A DNA stretch of 64,000 nucleotides from Minisyncoccota bacterium (GCA_041665385.1 JBAYIX010000002.1:50932-114931), one strand, 5' to 3'; counted from the first letter of the stretch, positions 45,753 through 55,851 are shown. The notes: generated by a model from the sequence alone, not told the origin. Made by a program: numbers and translations.

Positions 45753-45824
45753 TGACCCTACGGGGAGTCGAACCCCGATTCCAGCCTTGAGAAGGCCGTG
45801 TCCTAACCATTAGACGATAGGGCC
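45753..45824 (-). tRNA. tRNA-Glu (anticodon CUC)
   Basis: GGCCCTATCGTCTAATGGTTAGGACACGGCCTTCTCAAGGCTGGAATCGGGGTTCGACTCCCCGTAGGGTCA folds as a cloverleaf with 7-bp acceptor, 4-bp D, 5-bp anticodon and 5-bp T stems. Anticodon loop UUCUCAA. Confidence 0.8.
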
Positions 45825-45843
45825 ATAAACACTTAATTTTATT

Positions 45844-47160
45844 CTACTCTTTCTTCAACCACTCCTCTTCCTGACGTACCAACAATGTACTAGCTTCCGA
45901 AGCATCTTTCAAGAGCTCCTTGACCACCCTCTCCATACGCATAGACTGCGAACCCTTCACAAGGATGATATCTCCAGTACGAATATCTCGATAGATAAAG
46001 TCTGCAGCATCGTGTGCAGAATCAAAAGATTTCATATTTTCTGGAGACATGCCGAGAGAGACAGCTTCCTCCGCTATCCCGCGAGAACGTTGTCCCACTG
46101 TATACAAAATATTTGCCACACCTGCGACTTCCCTACCCACTTTCCTATGTTCCTCGGCAGAATATTTTCCCAGCTCCAACATGTCTCCCAGAACTGCGAT
46201 CTTCCTCCCCGAACAGGTGAGTTCTCGCAATGTAAAAAGCGCGGCATGCACAGCGTCAGGTGAGGAATTGTACGTATCATCTATAACTATCGAGCCATTG
46301 ATACCAGGTAAAGCATTGAGTCTACCCTTGGGCGCATCGTACTGTCCCAAGCCGGAGATAATATCACCAAAAGAAACACCGCAAGCTCGACCGACTGCCG
46401 CAGCGGCGAGCAGAGGATACATACCCGTCCTACCCAGAGGATTCTTGTATGTGACCGTATTTTGATCAGTTCCCATATTCAGCTTGAATCGACAGACAAG
46501 TGTCTTTTTCAGGTATTCCGTGTATTCAAAAGAAAATTCCGATCCGCGGACCTCTGCAATGTCATCTGTACCATATGTGACAACGGCAATCTTTTTATTT
46601 GTGAGCTCGTCCCGCATAGCTATGAGCCTACTGTCTTCTGAGAGCAATACTGCGGTGCCGCCCTTCCGTACTGCGCGTATGAGAGATACTTTCTCCTCGA
46701 ATACTTCCTCTGGCGATTTGAAGAACTCCACATGCACCGGCGTGCGGCTGACCTGAGTGATGACAGCGACATGCGGATGGAGCCACTTTGCCACCTTCTT
46801 TATATCACCAGGATGATCTGCACCGATTTCCAAAATGAGCGTATCCGGATATTCTGTCTTGCGGAATATGAGTCGCAAGCCCTGAACAATATTGCGCAAC
46901 CACTCACGTGGATTATGCCACGCGTTTGGCACTCCTATGACCGTGAGTGGCAAACCTAGCTCGCTATTCATACTCTTCTCACTCTTCCTCACATATTTAG
47001 AGTGGTTCTTGAGTACAGCATAGATAGCATCTTTTGCGGAAGTCTTGCCAACACTTCCGGTAATAGCGACGATGAAAGGTCGGTATTTGAAAAGTATCAC
47101 CCGGGATTCGAGTGTTAATATTGCTACAATTATTTTTTTTATGATTTGCATAGTTATCAC
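45844..47160 (-). CDS. murF: UDP-N-acetylmuramoyl-tripeptide--D-alanyl-D-alanine ligase
   Basis: Mur ligase ATP-binding GSVGKTS motif and Mur ligase middle and C-terminal domains. Confidence 0.85.
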   Translation of the reverse strand: MITMQIIKKIIVAILTLESRVILFKYRPFIVAITGSVGKTSAKDAIYAVLKNHSKYVRKSEKSMNSELGLPLTVIGVPNAWHNPREWLRNIVQGLRLIFRKTEYPDTLILEIGADHPGDIKKVAKWLHPHVAVITQVSRTPVHVEFFKSPEEVFEEKVSLIRAVRKGGTAVLLSEDSRLIAMRDELTNKKIAVVTYGTDDIAEVRGSEFSFEYTEYLKKTLVCRFKLNMGTDQNTVTYKNPLGRTGMYPLLAAAAVGRACGVSFGDIISGLGQYDAPKGRLNALPGINGSIVIDDTYNSSPDAVHAALFTLRELTCSGRKIAVLGDMLELGKYSAEEHRKVGREVAGVANILYTVGQRSRGIAEEAVSLGMSPENMKSFDSAHDAADFIYRDIRTGDIILVKGSQSMRMERVVKELLKDASEASTLLVRQEEEWLKKE

Positions 47161-48878
47161 CTATCTGGCGGCACATCATAGTAATTTATCAGAAACTTGG
47201 CCAAGTTATCAAATGGGTCCGTCAATGTCTCGGAAGCATACTGCGCACCCTTGGGATGTATCTGATATAAGAAAACCAAGAACTTCGGGTCATAAGCCGG
47301 GAAATAACCGAAGAATGAGTGCAGATACCGGTCAGTATAGTATCCCCCATTCACATGGTCAGGTATCTGCGCTGTACCAGTCTTTGCCGCTACAGTATAT
47401 CTCGGATTCTTTATCTTGCCTTCTTTGAGCGCCTTGTCAACAACATTGACAAGGAGACTTGTAACCTCGTTCACCGTTTCTGGGCGGAGAACCTGCTCGC
47501 TCTTGGCAGCCAACTCTTGACTCAAGTTCCTCTTTGTCCCATCCAGATATATGATCTCTCGGACCAAGTGCGGTATCACGATCTTGCCGCCGTTTGCGAG
47601 GACAGCTAGGGAGCGGGCCATGGCCACAGGAGAGATCGCTATGCCTTGGCCATAGGAAGCAGTAGCTATGTCTATATCCTGTCCGGCCTTGAGATTTTTC
47701 ACGAGACCGGTAGCTTCGTTTGGCATATCTATACCTGTCTTCTCACCCAGACCCAAGCTGTCAAAATATTTCGACATATTTTCTTTGCCAGTCTTAAGAC
47801 CGACTGTTGCAGCTCCCATATTCAAGGACTGACTCAAAAGATCTTGGAGACCTGTCCGACCGCGAGCCTTCCTGTCCCAGTTACCTATCGTCTTACTGTT
47901 CAGAATCATGGTACCAGTATCTTCGTATGTCCATGAAGGCGATATGGCCACAGAGTCTAGACCGACCGCGACTGTGAGCGGCTTTACGATGGACCCCATC
48001 TCATAGACATGCTCCACCAACGGGTTCGAAAAGAGTCCAGTATCGCTCACCCCGGAAGTATCATTGCCATTGAATGTCGGCAGTGAAGACATCGCTATGA
48101 TCTCACCTGTCTTGGGGTCGAGAATGATGCCACCTATCTCGTCCGGGTGCCAGGTCGTACTGGTATCGCTCAAGATTTTTTCCAAATAACTAGCAACCGT
48201 AGGTTCGATCGTGGTGACTATATCACCTTCACCTTTTTCACCAGAAAAAATATCTTCGACACCGGCGAAGAGCTCGGCAAAGACGCTGACATTGGAACCA
48301 CTGCCAGAACGACCGAGTACTTCTTCGTAAGATCGCTCGAGCCCGTACTTGCCACGGATCGTAGACGTGCTCGAATCCTCGCCGATGATGCCCAAAGTTT
48401 GCGAGGCGAGTACGCCACCCGGATACGATCTCCAGGACTCTTTTGCTTTGCGTATGCCACCAAGCTTGAGAGAGACGATCGACTGCGCTTCCGTGTCTGA
48501 GATGCGGTGAGCGAGCTCTATGTAACCTGCATCAGCATTTGCCATGACCCGTGAACGGATCTTTTCATCTATTGTAATAAACTCGGACAGTGCCGCAAGT
48601 GCCTGATCCGGTTCCTCTACCTGTTTGCCATTCATGTATATGAGATTACCCTGTTCGATAGTGGCACCAGCTATGGAAGTACCGTCCTTCAATGAAAAAT
48701 ATATGGTACCTCGATCAAAAAAAGTGGCGGCGGGCTTTGTATACTGCACCTCCGCGCGGTCTGCATACTTTTTGCCTGCTACCACCTGTGTCGAGTAGAG
48801 AGTGGCTGTGAGCACGAGTGCAGAGACTATCATCCCGAGAAAGATGACCCTGGTTCGAATACGTTCTTTGGCTGTCAT
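47157..48878 (-). CDS. ftsI: Penicillin-binding protein transpeptidase (FtsI/PBP3-like)
   Basis: N-terminal TM segment and dimerisation domain. SxxK (SIVKP), SxN and KTGTA motifs. Position in the dcw cluster. Confidence 0.8.
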   Translation of the reverse strand: MTAKERIRTRVIFLGMIVSALVLTATLYSTQVVAGKKYADRAEVQYTKPAATFFDRGTIYFSLKDGTSIAGATIEQGNLIYMNGKQVEEPDQALAALSEFITIDEKIRSRVMANADAGYIELAHRISDTEAQSIVSLKLGGIRKAKESWRSYPGGVLASQTLGIIGEDSSTSTIRGKYGLERSYEEVLGRSGSGSNVSVFAELFAGVEDIFSGEKGEGDIVTTIEPTVASYLEKILSDTSTTWHPDEIGGIILDPKTGEIIAMSSLPTFNGNDTSGVSDTGLFSNPLVEHVYEMGSIVKPLTVAVGLDSVAISPSWTYEDTGTMILNSKTIGNWDRKARGRTGLQDLLSQSLNMGAATVGLKTGKENMSKYFDSLGLGEKTGIDMPNEATGLVKNLKAGQDIDIATASYGQGIAISPVAMARSLAVLANGGKIVIPHLVREIIYLDGTKRNLSQELAAKSEQVLRPETVNEVTSLLVNVVDKALKEGKIKNPRYTVAAKTGTAQIPDHVNGGYYTDRYLHSFFGYFPAYDPKFLVFLYQIHPKGAQYASETLTDPFDNLAKFLINYYDVPPDR

Positions 48879-48893
48879 TATGCCACTATTATA

Positions 48894-49265
48894 TTACAAT
48901 TTTGTGACTGTTGCGCCGACGGAACCGACAGACTTTGTCCTAGAGATGTAGGCAGAAACTTGTCCCTGCATGAGGCCATAGTCAGATGCCATTTCCGGTG
49001 TGATCTTGTTCGAAAGAGTGATGTAGTGCGCATCGAGCTTCTGGACCGAGCTTGCCAATGTCACCATCTGCTTTTCGATGACCTGGGCAGCCACTGTCTT
49101 TGTAATAACACTGTACATGTTGAAAGCGTAAAGAAATGCCATGACCAGACAACCCGCCAAAAGTGTTTTTGTTATCATTGCGCGATTGTCATCGGCGAGA
49201 GAATATGTTTTTGCTATTATTTTCGTCATTTTATTGTTTTTTTTGGAGTATTCGTAATTTTGCAC
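48894..49265 (-). CDS. ftsL: Cell division protein FtsL-like (small bitopic)
   Basis: Single TM segment plus coiled-coil. Position between rsmH and ftsI. Confidence 0.5.
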   Translation of the reverse strand: MQNYEYSKKNNKMTKIIAKTYSLADDNRAMITKTLLAGCLVMAFLYAFNMYSVITKTVAAQVIEKQMVTLASSVQKLDAHYITLSNKITPEMASDYGLMQGQVSAYISRTKSVGSVGATVTKL

Positions 49266-50142
49266 TGCGAGATCTCGGATTTTCCGCTACTTCCTGTGCC
49301 CCGGCGCGGATGGGTTTCTTTGTGATTTTTGCACCATCTTCACTTTCCTTGCTTCTAAAAAATTCTTTCACTATCCGATCTTCCAAGCTATGAAAAGAAA
49401 TCACTGCTATTTTGCCTTCCTTTCCCAGTCTGGAATACCCTTTTGCCAAGCCTTCACGGAGAGCGTTCAGTTCATCGTTCACTGCTATTCGCAAAGCCTG
49501 AAATGTCTTTGTCGCCGGATGGATCTTCGGCTTACGAAACATTCTCGGCATCGAACCCTTCACTATTTCCGCCAATTCCATGGAAGTCTCTATCGGCTTC
49601 TTGGTGCGGTACTCTACTATCCTTCTTGCGACCCTTCTCGCGTATCGCTCTTCACCGTAACCAAAGATGACATTTGCTATATCTTCCTCTTTCCAACCGT
49701 TCACTATATCGAGAGCGGTGAAAGGTTGTTTATCCGGATTCCCATATGTCATGTGGAGCGGCTCATCTTTCTGGAATGTGAATCCTCTACCACTATTCTC
49801 GAGTTCGTCTGACGAAAGCCCGAGGTCGAGGAGGATCATGTCCGCCGTCTCTATGCCACTCTGGCTCATGACTTTGTCTAGGTTCCGGAAATTCTCATTT
49901 ACCAATACCAGACGATCGCATTTGCCAGTGAGGAGCTCTTTCGCTCTCTCTATGGCTGTCTCATCTTGGTCGAGTCCGAGAATATTTACCTTGCTATCAA
50001 ACGCTTCCGCAATCGCCAGAGCATGTCCGGCTCCGCCGAGCGTACCATCTATGTACCAGAGGTTTTCTCCTTCTCTCATACGAGCCTCCTTGAAATCTTT
50101 CACTATCTCATGTAAAAGTACGGATTTGTGTATGCTATGCAT
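49231..50142 (-). CDS. rsmH: 16S rRNA (cytosine1402-N4)-methyltransferase
   Basis: MraW family: GGAGHA SAM-binding motif and conserved DLGxSS. Confidence 0.9.
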   Translation of the reverse strand: MHSIHKSVLLHEIVKDFKEARMREGENLWYIDGTLGGAGHALAIAEAFDSKVNILGLDQDETAIERAKELLTGKCDRLVLVNENFRNLDKVMSQSGIETADMILLDLGLSSDELENSGRGFTFQKDEPLHMTYGNPDKQPFTALDIVNGWKEEDIANVIFGYGEERYARRVARRIVEYRTKKPIETSMELAEIVKGSMPRMFRKPKIHPATKTFQALRIAVNDELNALREGLAKGYSRLGKEGKIAVISFHSLEDRIVKEFFRSKESEDGAKITKKPIRAGAQEVAENPRSRSAKLRILQKKQ

Positions 50143-50148
50143 GAGGAG

Positions 50149-50619
50149 TTATATGATACCGACGGATGCGAGGCGTTCCGCCATGACATCTGTCTTCTTG
50201 CCAAACTCGGTCCGATACGAGAGCCAAGTTTCGCTATTCCATATCTCCACCCTGTTCATGACACCGATGATCGTCGCCTTTGCCGCTGATGTGGCCTCGG
50301 AAGACCGAGGACTCAAGTTCGCGTACTCGAGCAAATGATCCGGTATGAGCATACGTCCAGTACCATCAACCTCCACCTCAACCGCTCGGCCAATTACCAA
50401 ACGGTTGAAGTTTCGATTGTCCGCCTGCAACACCGAGGAACTATCCGGACGAGACAAGCGCTCCGCAAAATCCTTCCATCCCTTCATAGTGAAAACAAAT
50501 AAACAGTTATCAATACCCGGAGCTATGACTACGCTCTGCCCCATTTCCTTGCGAAATTTGGCAGGAAGGGATATCCGACTCTTGTCATCGAACGTATGTT
50601 GATATTCTCCGATGAGCAT
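50149..50619 (-). CDS. mraZ: Transcriptional regulator MraZ
   Basis: Duplicated MraZ domain with DxxxR motifs. Confidence 0.85.
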   Translation of the reverse strand: MLIGEYQHTFDDKSRISLPAKFRKEMGQSVVIAPGIDNCLFVFTMKGWKDFAERLSRPDSSSVLQADNRNFNRLVIGRAVEVEVDGTGRMLIPDHLLEYANLSPRSSEATSAAKATIIGVMNRVEIWNSETWLSYRTEFGKKTDVMAERLASVGII

Positions 50620-50900
50620 ATGTTTGCGGGTTTGAAGTATTAGAGAAATTTAGGTGCTGTGGCACGAAAGTTTGTATAACACTTCTTCCCACTTAGATAC
50701 CATTCTACACCACTTCATGCTATCCACACCACACATAGGCCTGTGGATAACTCCTTTGAGCTTGGTAAATCAGCCCTTTGCCACTTGACAAAGCACTCCA
50801 GATCTGCTAGTGTGCGTATAGATTTGCTGCTTTGGCAATCACATAAACAGTAACAACAGCCTGCAAAAACGCAGAGAAACAACACAGAAGGAGTCCTTGT

Positions 50901-52679
50901 ATGAATAACAGTCCTCTACCTCTACCAGAAGTCGAGTTCGATGCGAAACAAACAGCGCTCATGTGCAAGCTCGAACCTGAAACCGACCAGTGTCGGTTGG
51001 AGATCAAGAACGAATTAGATGAGGTCATCTGGGAAAATCAGGGCGTTTCGGTACAAGTTCCGAAATGCATGTTGGTTCCAGTCAGACTTTCGGGTCTGAG
51101 CATCAACCCGAATCTTCGTGAGAAGATCCGACCCGGCACAACGTTCGTGGCCACAGTCAGGGCAACTATTAAGTTTCGACCCCAAGTCGACAGCGCGCCG
51201 GCGATCACAAAATTCCAGCTAACGCGGGAACAAGCGATCGCCCTCGGCGGACCTGACGTGCCTGAAGAGAAGCCTACACAACCCGAGGAGAAGCCGACAG
51301 ATAAACTGGAGACCCTCCAGCAAGTTATCGACCTCGCTTTCCTGCAGACCGCGGAACTCAACAAAAGTCTATCGATGGTCGTCGAAAGAGCGGAAAAGAA
51401 AGAAGCCGACCAACACACACTCGATCAGACCGTGAGTGGACTGTCCACGACAGTAGCGGGATTTGGTGACAAGCTAACGGGTTTTGAAAAAGCCCTCGGC
51501 GAGACCACGAGTTCCGTGACAGCGTTGACAGGTTCCTTCGACACACTGAACCAGAACACTACTGCGAAGCTCGACGCGGGTCAAAAGACCGTTGAAGAGT
51601 TTCTCAGCAAGCGTTCTGCCGCTGATCTGGAAATCCTCAAAAAAGTTGAGGAACAGAACGCGCGATTCGGACAACTCGAAGCCGTCGATACGGCACTGGC
51701 AAATCGAATGGACACTCTGGAGGGTGAATGGAAGAAACTCAACAGTGAAGTTGAGAGCAGGATCGCCGCTCTGAACAAGAACGCCGCAACCATCCCACCA
51801 GAAGTACTGGCAGATACGGAGAAGAGGCTCGCCGACATCATGTCAAAGAAAGTCGAAGCGATGGAAAAATCGCTCCGGGGCGACTTCGTCCCTCAACAGC
51901 TGTACATCCAGACATTGAAGAATGACATGGAGAAGTTTGAAGCTCTCCGCGTCGCTCTCGCAAGGTTGCAGACTGCGCCTCCTCCGGCACCCACAAAGGC
52001 GGAAGAGACTCCAGACGACAAAAAGGACGGAGGGAAAGGGTCTGACAAAAATGAGACTCCGCCTCCGGCCCCCACGAAATCTGGTCCGGACAAAGCTCTC
52101 GAAGCTGTCAAAAACAATGCGGCTCCGATCATCGCCATCCTTCTCATCGCCTTACTTGCTCTCCTGGCCTTCAACAGCTTTGGGAACAAGAAAATGGCCG
52201 CCGACAACCAACCTCAACCTCCTTCACAGGAGGCGAAGGTAGGAACACCGGCGATTCCGGTACCACAAGCTCCGACACCCGCTCCAGAAATGAAGCAAGT
52301 GAACGACGGCCCTTCGAGTGAGACGTTGAAAGCGATGCTCGCCGGGCAAATGGATCGAGCGAACACCATTCAGTTGAATCTGGAGGGTGTCACGAACGAC
52401 AAAAATGTTTTGCGGGATGCTGTCATCCACATCGCAAAACAGCCTCGGTCCAAGATCGACATCAGAGGCGGTGTCGGCGCAGGTAGCGTAGTTGCTATCA
52501 GTGAGTCGGGCTCAAGGCAGGATCTCAGATCCTCTCCGCCAGTCGGTCCCATGATCCAGGAAGTCAGTTTCGATGACGACCGCCGTACGCAGTACGTGCG
52601 GAACGAGCGATCCGCCCACAACATGCAAAACGCTCAAAACGCTGAAGTGGCTTCAATCGTTTACGGCCCGAGCTACTAA
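50901..52679 (+). CDS. Hypothetical coiled-coil protein with a single TM segment near residue 420 and a Pro-rich linker
   Basis: Long coiled-coil region, PPPAPTK repeats and a TM segment APIIAILLIALLALLAF. A strong terminator follows at 52714-52745. Confidence 0.55.
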   Translation: MNNSPLPLPEVEFDAKQTALMCKLEPETDQCRLEIKNELDEVIWENQGVSVQVPKCMLVPVRLSGLSINPNLREKIRPGTTFVATVRATIKFRPQVDSAPAITKFQLTREQAIALGGPDVPEEKPTQPEEKPTDKLETLQQVIDLAFLQTAELNKSLSMVVERAEKKEADQHTLDQTVSGLSTTVAGFGDKLTGFEKALGETTSSVTALTGSFDTLNQNTTAKLDAGQKTVEEFLSKRSAADLEILKKVEEQNARFGQLEAVDTALANRMDTLEGEWKKLNSEVESRIAALNKNAATIPPEVLADTEKRLADIMSKKVEAMEKSLRGDFVPQQLYIQTLKNDMEKFEALRVALARLQTAPPPAPTKAEETPDDKKDGGKGSDKNETPPPAPTKSGPDKALEAVKNNAAPIIAILLIALLALLAFNSFGNKKMAADNQPQPPSQEAKVGTPAIPVPQAPTPAPEMKQVNDGPSSETLKAMLAGQMDRANTIQLNLEGVTNDKNVLRDAVIHIAKQPRSKIDIRGGVGAGSVVAISESGSRQDLRSSPPVGPMIQEVSFDDDRRTQYVRNERSAHNMQNAQNAEVASIVYGPSY

Positions 52680-52713
52680 AGTTGTTTGAACTGAACATGT
52701 GTGAACCAATCAC

Positions 52714-52745
52714 GGGCACCGAAGATCTTCTTCGGTGCCTTTTTC
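52714..52745 (+). terminator. Intrinsic terminator after the coiled-coil protein gene
   Basis: GGCACCGAAGA-TC-TTCTTCGGTGCC followed by T5. Confidence 0.65.
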
Positions 52746-52984
52746 ATATGCAGATACGTTTCCCCCACCCAGCACAGGAAGAAGAATCCGAGGGACGTTT
52801 CGGAGGCCGGTTCGCCTCCGTAGCTTTAGCGAAGGAGGGCGAGGCGGCCGAGAACCAGCCGCTCTGCCAGCAGGCAGAGACGGCGTGTCCCGAGGAACTT
52901 CTTCGTGTGCTGGGTGGGGGGCAGTGGCTATTGAACTTATATACCCCCATAGACAAAAAGGTGGCTATGTTATACTATATTTAC

Positions 52985-53488
52985 ATGAACAAAACACCTT
53001 ATATCGCTTACGCCCTCGCGGGCATACTCGCTGTCGGTGGCGCAATAGCGCTCACTGCAGTACTTAACAGCCCTGATACTAGCCCGGTCGAAGGCGAAAT
53101 AGCCACTTCCAGACAAGGAATGACAAATGCCGCCCTTGCTATCCAGAGCATAGACCTCGGAATTCCACAGAATATCCGCTGGAGCGTATCCGACTTCCCT
53201 TCAGAGTTTGTAAAGATTTCCATTATACGCAAAACGGCTTCAAACCCCGACACATACGAACTCGTCCGTACAGTATCTGACAAAACTCCCAATGACGGCG
53301 TGGCAACCTGGGTACCGACCGAAGGAGATGTCGGCACAGACATGCTCGCCGAAGTGGGATGCACAGAGTCTACCGAAGCCTGCAGTCCTTCCGTATCACG
53401 ATCCAAGATCGCTGTGAATTACTCACGAGACAACCTCAATACCGCTGCCCTCTACCAAGCAATAGAGCAAAAAAATAACAACAAATAA
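52985..53488 (+). CDS. Hypothetical membrane-anchored protein
   Basis: Track ORF 52682-53488. The start was moved to the internal Met (MNKTPYIAYALAGILAVGG..) because the upstream part spans the terminator and a G+C-rich inverted repeat. Confidence 0.45.
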   Translation: MNKTPYIAYALAGILAVGGAIALTAVLNSPDTSPVEGEIATSRQGMTNAALAIQSIDLGIPQNIRWSVSDFPSEFVKISIIRKTASNPDTYELVRTVSDKTPNDGVATWVPTEGDVGTDMLAEVGCTESTEACSPSVSRSKIAVNYSRDNLNTAALYQAIEQKNNNK

Positions 53489-54804
53489 CCCAAGAATGGC
53501 AGACCTAGACGTTTCCTAGCTGTCTCACCTTTTAACAAATGATTCCTGCGTTCCGAATTATCGGCGCGGGAATTTTTGTGTGCGGGTTCATGGATGGCTC
53601 TCGCAGAAGAAGCCAGGAAAATAGTATGCTTGCCGTAGCGACGGTCTATCTTGTCCATTGCTTCCAGGACCTTGTGCGTACTACCTATCTTGTCCGCATT
53701 GCCAAAGAGGTCTATAGTCTCGGCATTCTCATGATCCAGATCCATAAGCACGATGCCAGTAGCACGATATGGTACTTGCAATTTGTAGACCAGGTGCAGT
53801 TTCTCAAGGATGAGAGAGATGATGGCCTGTGGAGCAGATACAGACTGAGGGAGTTTTATTTCCAAACCATGGTAATAGAAATCCTGCGTCTTCAGAAAAA
53901 AAGCTATGCGCCGAGTAAAGAGACTATGCCTACGGAGCTTGATGCAGGCATTCTCGATATTTTTGGACAGCTGAGAAAAGACAAATTCTCGGTTGGTAGA
54001 AGGTGGGGTAAAAGTCCTAGTCTTACTTATCGATGCATAGTCGTGCTTTTGACCCAAGGTGAGCGGATATACGAACTCTCCATTGAGCTCGCGATGTATT
54101 TCTTGAAATGGTTTGCTCAAGTGTCCACTCACCCATTCCGGACTCTGTATGGCAAAGTCGAGAGCACTTACAAAACTTTCGGATGAAGAGGGTTTGATTA
54201 TTTTTTGAAGATAAGCAGAAGTGTTGGGACCAATACCCCAGATCTTACCTACAGGTAACTTCGCTAAGTAGAGGTGCATATTCTTCCCCGGAATGATGGT
54301 GAGCCCATCAGGTTTGCGCCATTTCGAACCTACCTTTGCCATGACTTTATTTAGTGAAAGTCCGACAGAAAATGTCATACCGAGCTCGGTACATAGTTCG
54401 TGCTGTATCTTTATGGCCATATCCTCGTATGACAAATGATTTGCCCGTCTCATACCTGTCAGATCGGCGAAACATTCATCTATGCTGTATTCTTCGACGG
54501 CTTCGGTGTAGCGACGAACTATTTTGTACATTCTTTCGGAGTAGAGACTATAGGTCTCATAGTCAGAAGGTAATATTATGACGTCAGGGCAGATCTTCCG
54601 TATTTCTGAAAGTTTCATCGCCCGTCGCACGCCTCGAGCGCGTGCCTCATAACTCATGGAAGATGCTATGCCACGTTCTTTACCTGTGACTACTGGTTTT
54701 CCTTTCAAAGCAGGATTCTTGGCGACCTCGCAGGATGCAAAAAATGAATCCCCATCAATATGAAGTATCGCGCGCGGAAAGGAGTGGTGAGTGAGTATTG
54801 GCAT
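53452..54804 (-). CDS. dinB: Y-family DNA polymerase (DinB/Pol IV-like)
   Basis: ILHIDGDSFFASCE catalytic motif, SIDECFAD, and the little-finger domain. It lies downstream of lexA. Confidence 0.8.
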   Translation of the reverse strand: MPILTHHSFPRAILHIDGDSFFASCEVAKNPALKGKPVVTGKERGIASSMSYEARARGVRRAMKLSEIRKICPDVIILPSDYETYSLYSERMYKIVRRYTEAVEEYSIDECFADLTGMRRANHLSYEDMAIKIQHELCTELGMTFSVGLSLNKVMAKVGSKWRKPDGLTIIPGKNMHLYLAKLPVGKIWGIGPNTSAYLQKIIKPSSSESFVSALDFAIQSPEWVSGHLSKPFQEIHRELNGEFVYPLTLGQKHDYASISKTRTFTPPSTNREFVFSQLSKNIENACIKLRRHSLFTRRIAFFLKTQDFYYHGLEIKLPQSVSAPQAIISLILEKLHLVYKLQVPYRATGIVLMDLDHENAETIDLFGNADKIGSTHKVLEAMDKIDRRYGKHTIFLASSARAIHEPAHKNSRADNSERRNHLLKGETARKRLGLPFLGYLLLFFCSIAW

Positions 54805-54824
54805 AATTTTATTATAGTAACTAA

Positions 54825-54997
54825 GCGTTCAGGTCCTACGTGCGGTGGAGGGACATTTGGAGTCCGAGCCGGATACAGCGTATCTGCATTATCATTACAA
54901 GGCTCGGACGAAACTAGCTCAAAATCCGCAACAGGCGTTCTATGAGCAGTTGCGGATTTTGAGCGTGTCCCGGAATCCGCACGTAGGACCTGAACGC
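54825..54997. repeat. Compound long hairpin between lexA and dinB: perfect 21-bp outer inverted repeat with nested 13-bp and 9-bp hairpins
   Basis: GCGTTCAGGTCCTACGTGCGG at 54825-54845 and its exact reverse complement at 54977-54997. Inner hairpins CAAAATCCGCAAC..GTTGCGGATTTTG and GTCCGAGCC..GGCTCGGAC. Confidence 0.7.
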
Positions 54998-55013
54998 GCT
55001 AGATATATAGTAA

Positions 55014-55583
55014 CTAATATTTCCTAACCACCCCCTTCACCACTGCGGCAACCTTCATATCATTCTCCGGATAGATAAGATCATACTTGGGATTTGCAGG
55101 CTCCAAATACACCTGACTGCCGCGTCGACGAAAATACTTCATGGTCCAGCCTCCATCTACTTCTGCTATGACTATTTCCCCGATCTTGGGTTCGCGCGCG
55201 ATACGCTCTGCTATGACGAGATCGCCTTCTTGGATGCCGGCATCTATCATGGAGTCACCTTTTACTTCTAGTAGGTATGTCGCTTCTTTGTTCTCTATGA
55301 GGTATTCATCGAGACTCATGGTATCTACCAGTTCTTCTTCTGCCGCAGTAGGAAAACCTGCTTCTACCAGACCGAGGAGACGAGTCTCACCAAAGAGTTT
55401 GTTCGGTATGAGCTTGCCTTGAGAATCCTTACTCACAAAACCACCTTCGACGAGCTTGTTCACGAGTTTGTATACAGAGTTCTTGGACTTGAAACCGAGG
55501 AGCTTCATGATCTCGGCATAGCCGGGCATACGCTTGTGATCGCGGTAGAAGTTTAGGATTTTGTTTTTATAAGAATCGAACAT
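55014..55583 (-). CDS. lexA: LexA repressor (S24 peptidase)
   Basis: N-terminal winged HTH and C-terminal S24 domain with the Ser (GDSM) and Lys (MKY) catalytic dyad. Confidence 0.85.
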   Translation of the reverse strand: MFDSYKNKILNFYRDHKRMPGYAEIMKLLGFKSKNSVYKLVNKLVEGGFVSKDSQGKLIPNKLFGETRLLGLVEAGFPTAAEEELVDTMSLDEYLIENKEATYLLEVKGDSMIDAGIQEGDLVIAERIAREPKIGEIVIAEVDGGWTMKYFRRRGSQVYLEPANPKYDLIYPENDMKVAAVVKGVVRKY

Positions 55584-55591
55584 GGGGGAAA

Positions 55592-55623
55592 AATTATGAA
55601 TTATGAATTATGAATTATGAATT
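55592..55623. repeat. Heptamer tandem repeat (AATTATG)x4.5, 9 nt upstream of the lexA start codon
   Basis: Perfect heptad repeats, readable directly in the sequence. Confidence 0.8.
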
Positions 55624-55632
55624 TTTGAAAGT

Positions 55633-55839
55633 CTAGAAAAGGAACATAGAAGCGAAACTGAGAGAGCGAGATAACCAGGCCAAGGTGCTCGGGCGCAGAC
55701 GGCGGAGCTGTGACATGAGGAACTTGTGCCGGCGGGCTTCCTTGGCATAAGATATACCGCGAATGATCCGGAGGTCGATCTCCTGATTTAGGCGGTCTAT
55801 CTCCTGGCGTATTTCTTTTATTGTCTGGTATCTGCTCAT
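55633..55839 (-). CDS. Small SOS-box-preceded ORF (68 aa) upstream of, and co-directional with, lexA
   Basis: A LexA (Cheo-type) box overlaps its promoter. The N-terminus is helical and charged; the C-terminal tail is hydrophobic. Confidence 0.35.
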   Translation of the reverse strand: MSRYQTIKEIRQEIDRLNQEIDLRIIRGISYAKEARRHKFLMSQLRRLRPSTLAWLSRSLSFASMFLF

Positions 55840-55851
55840 GGATACAGTATA

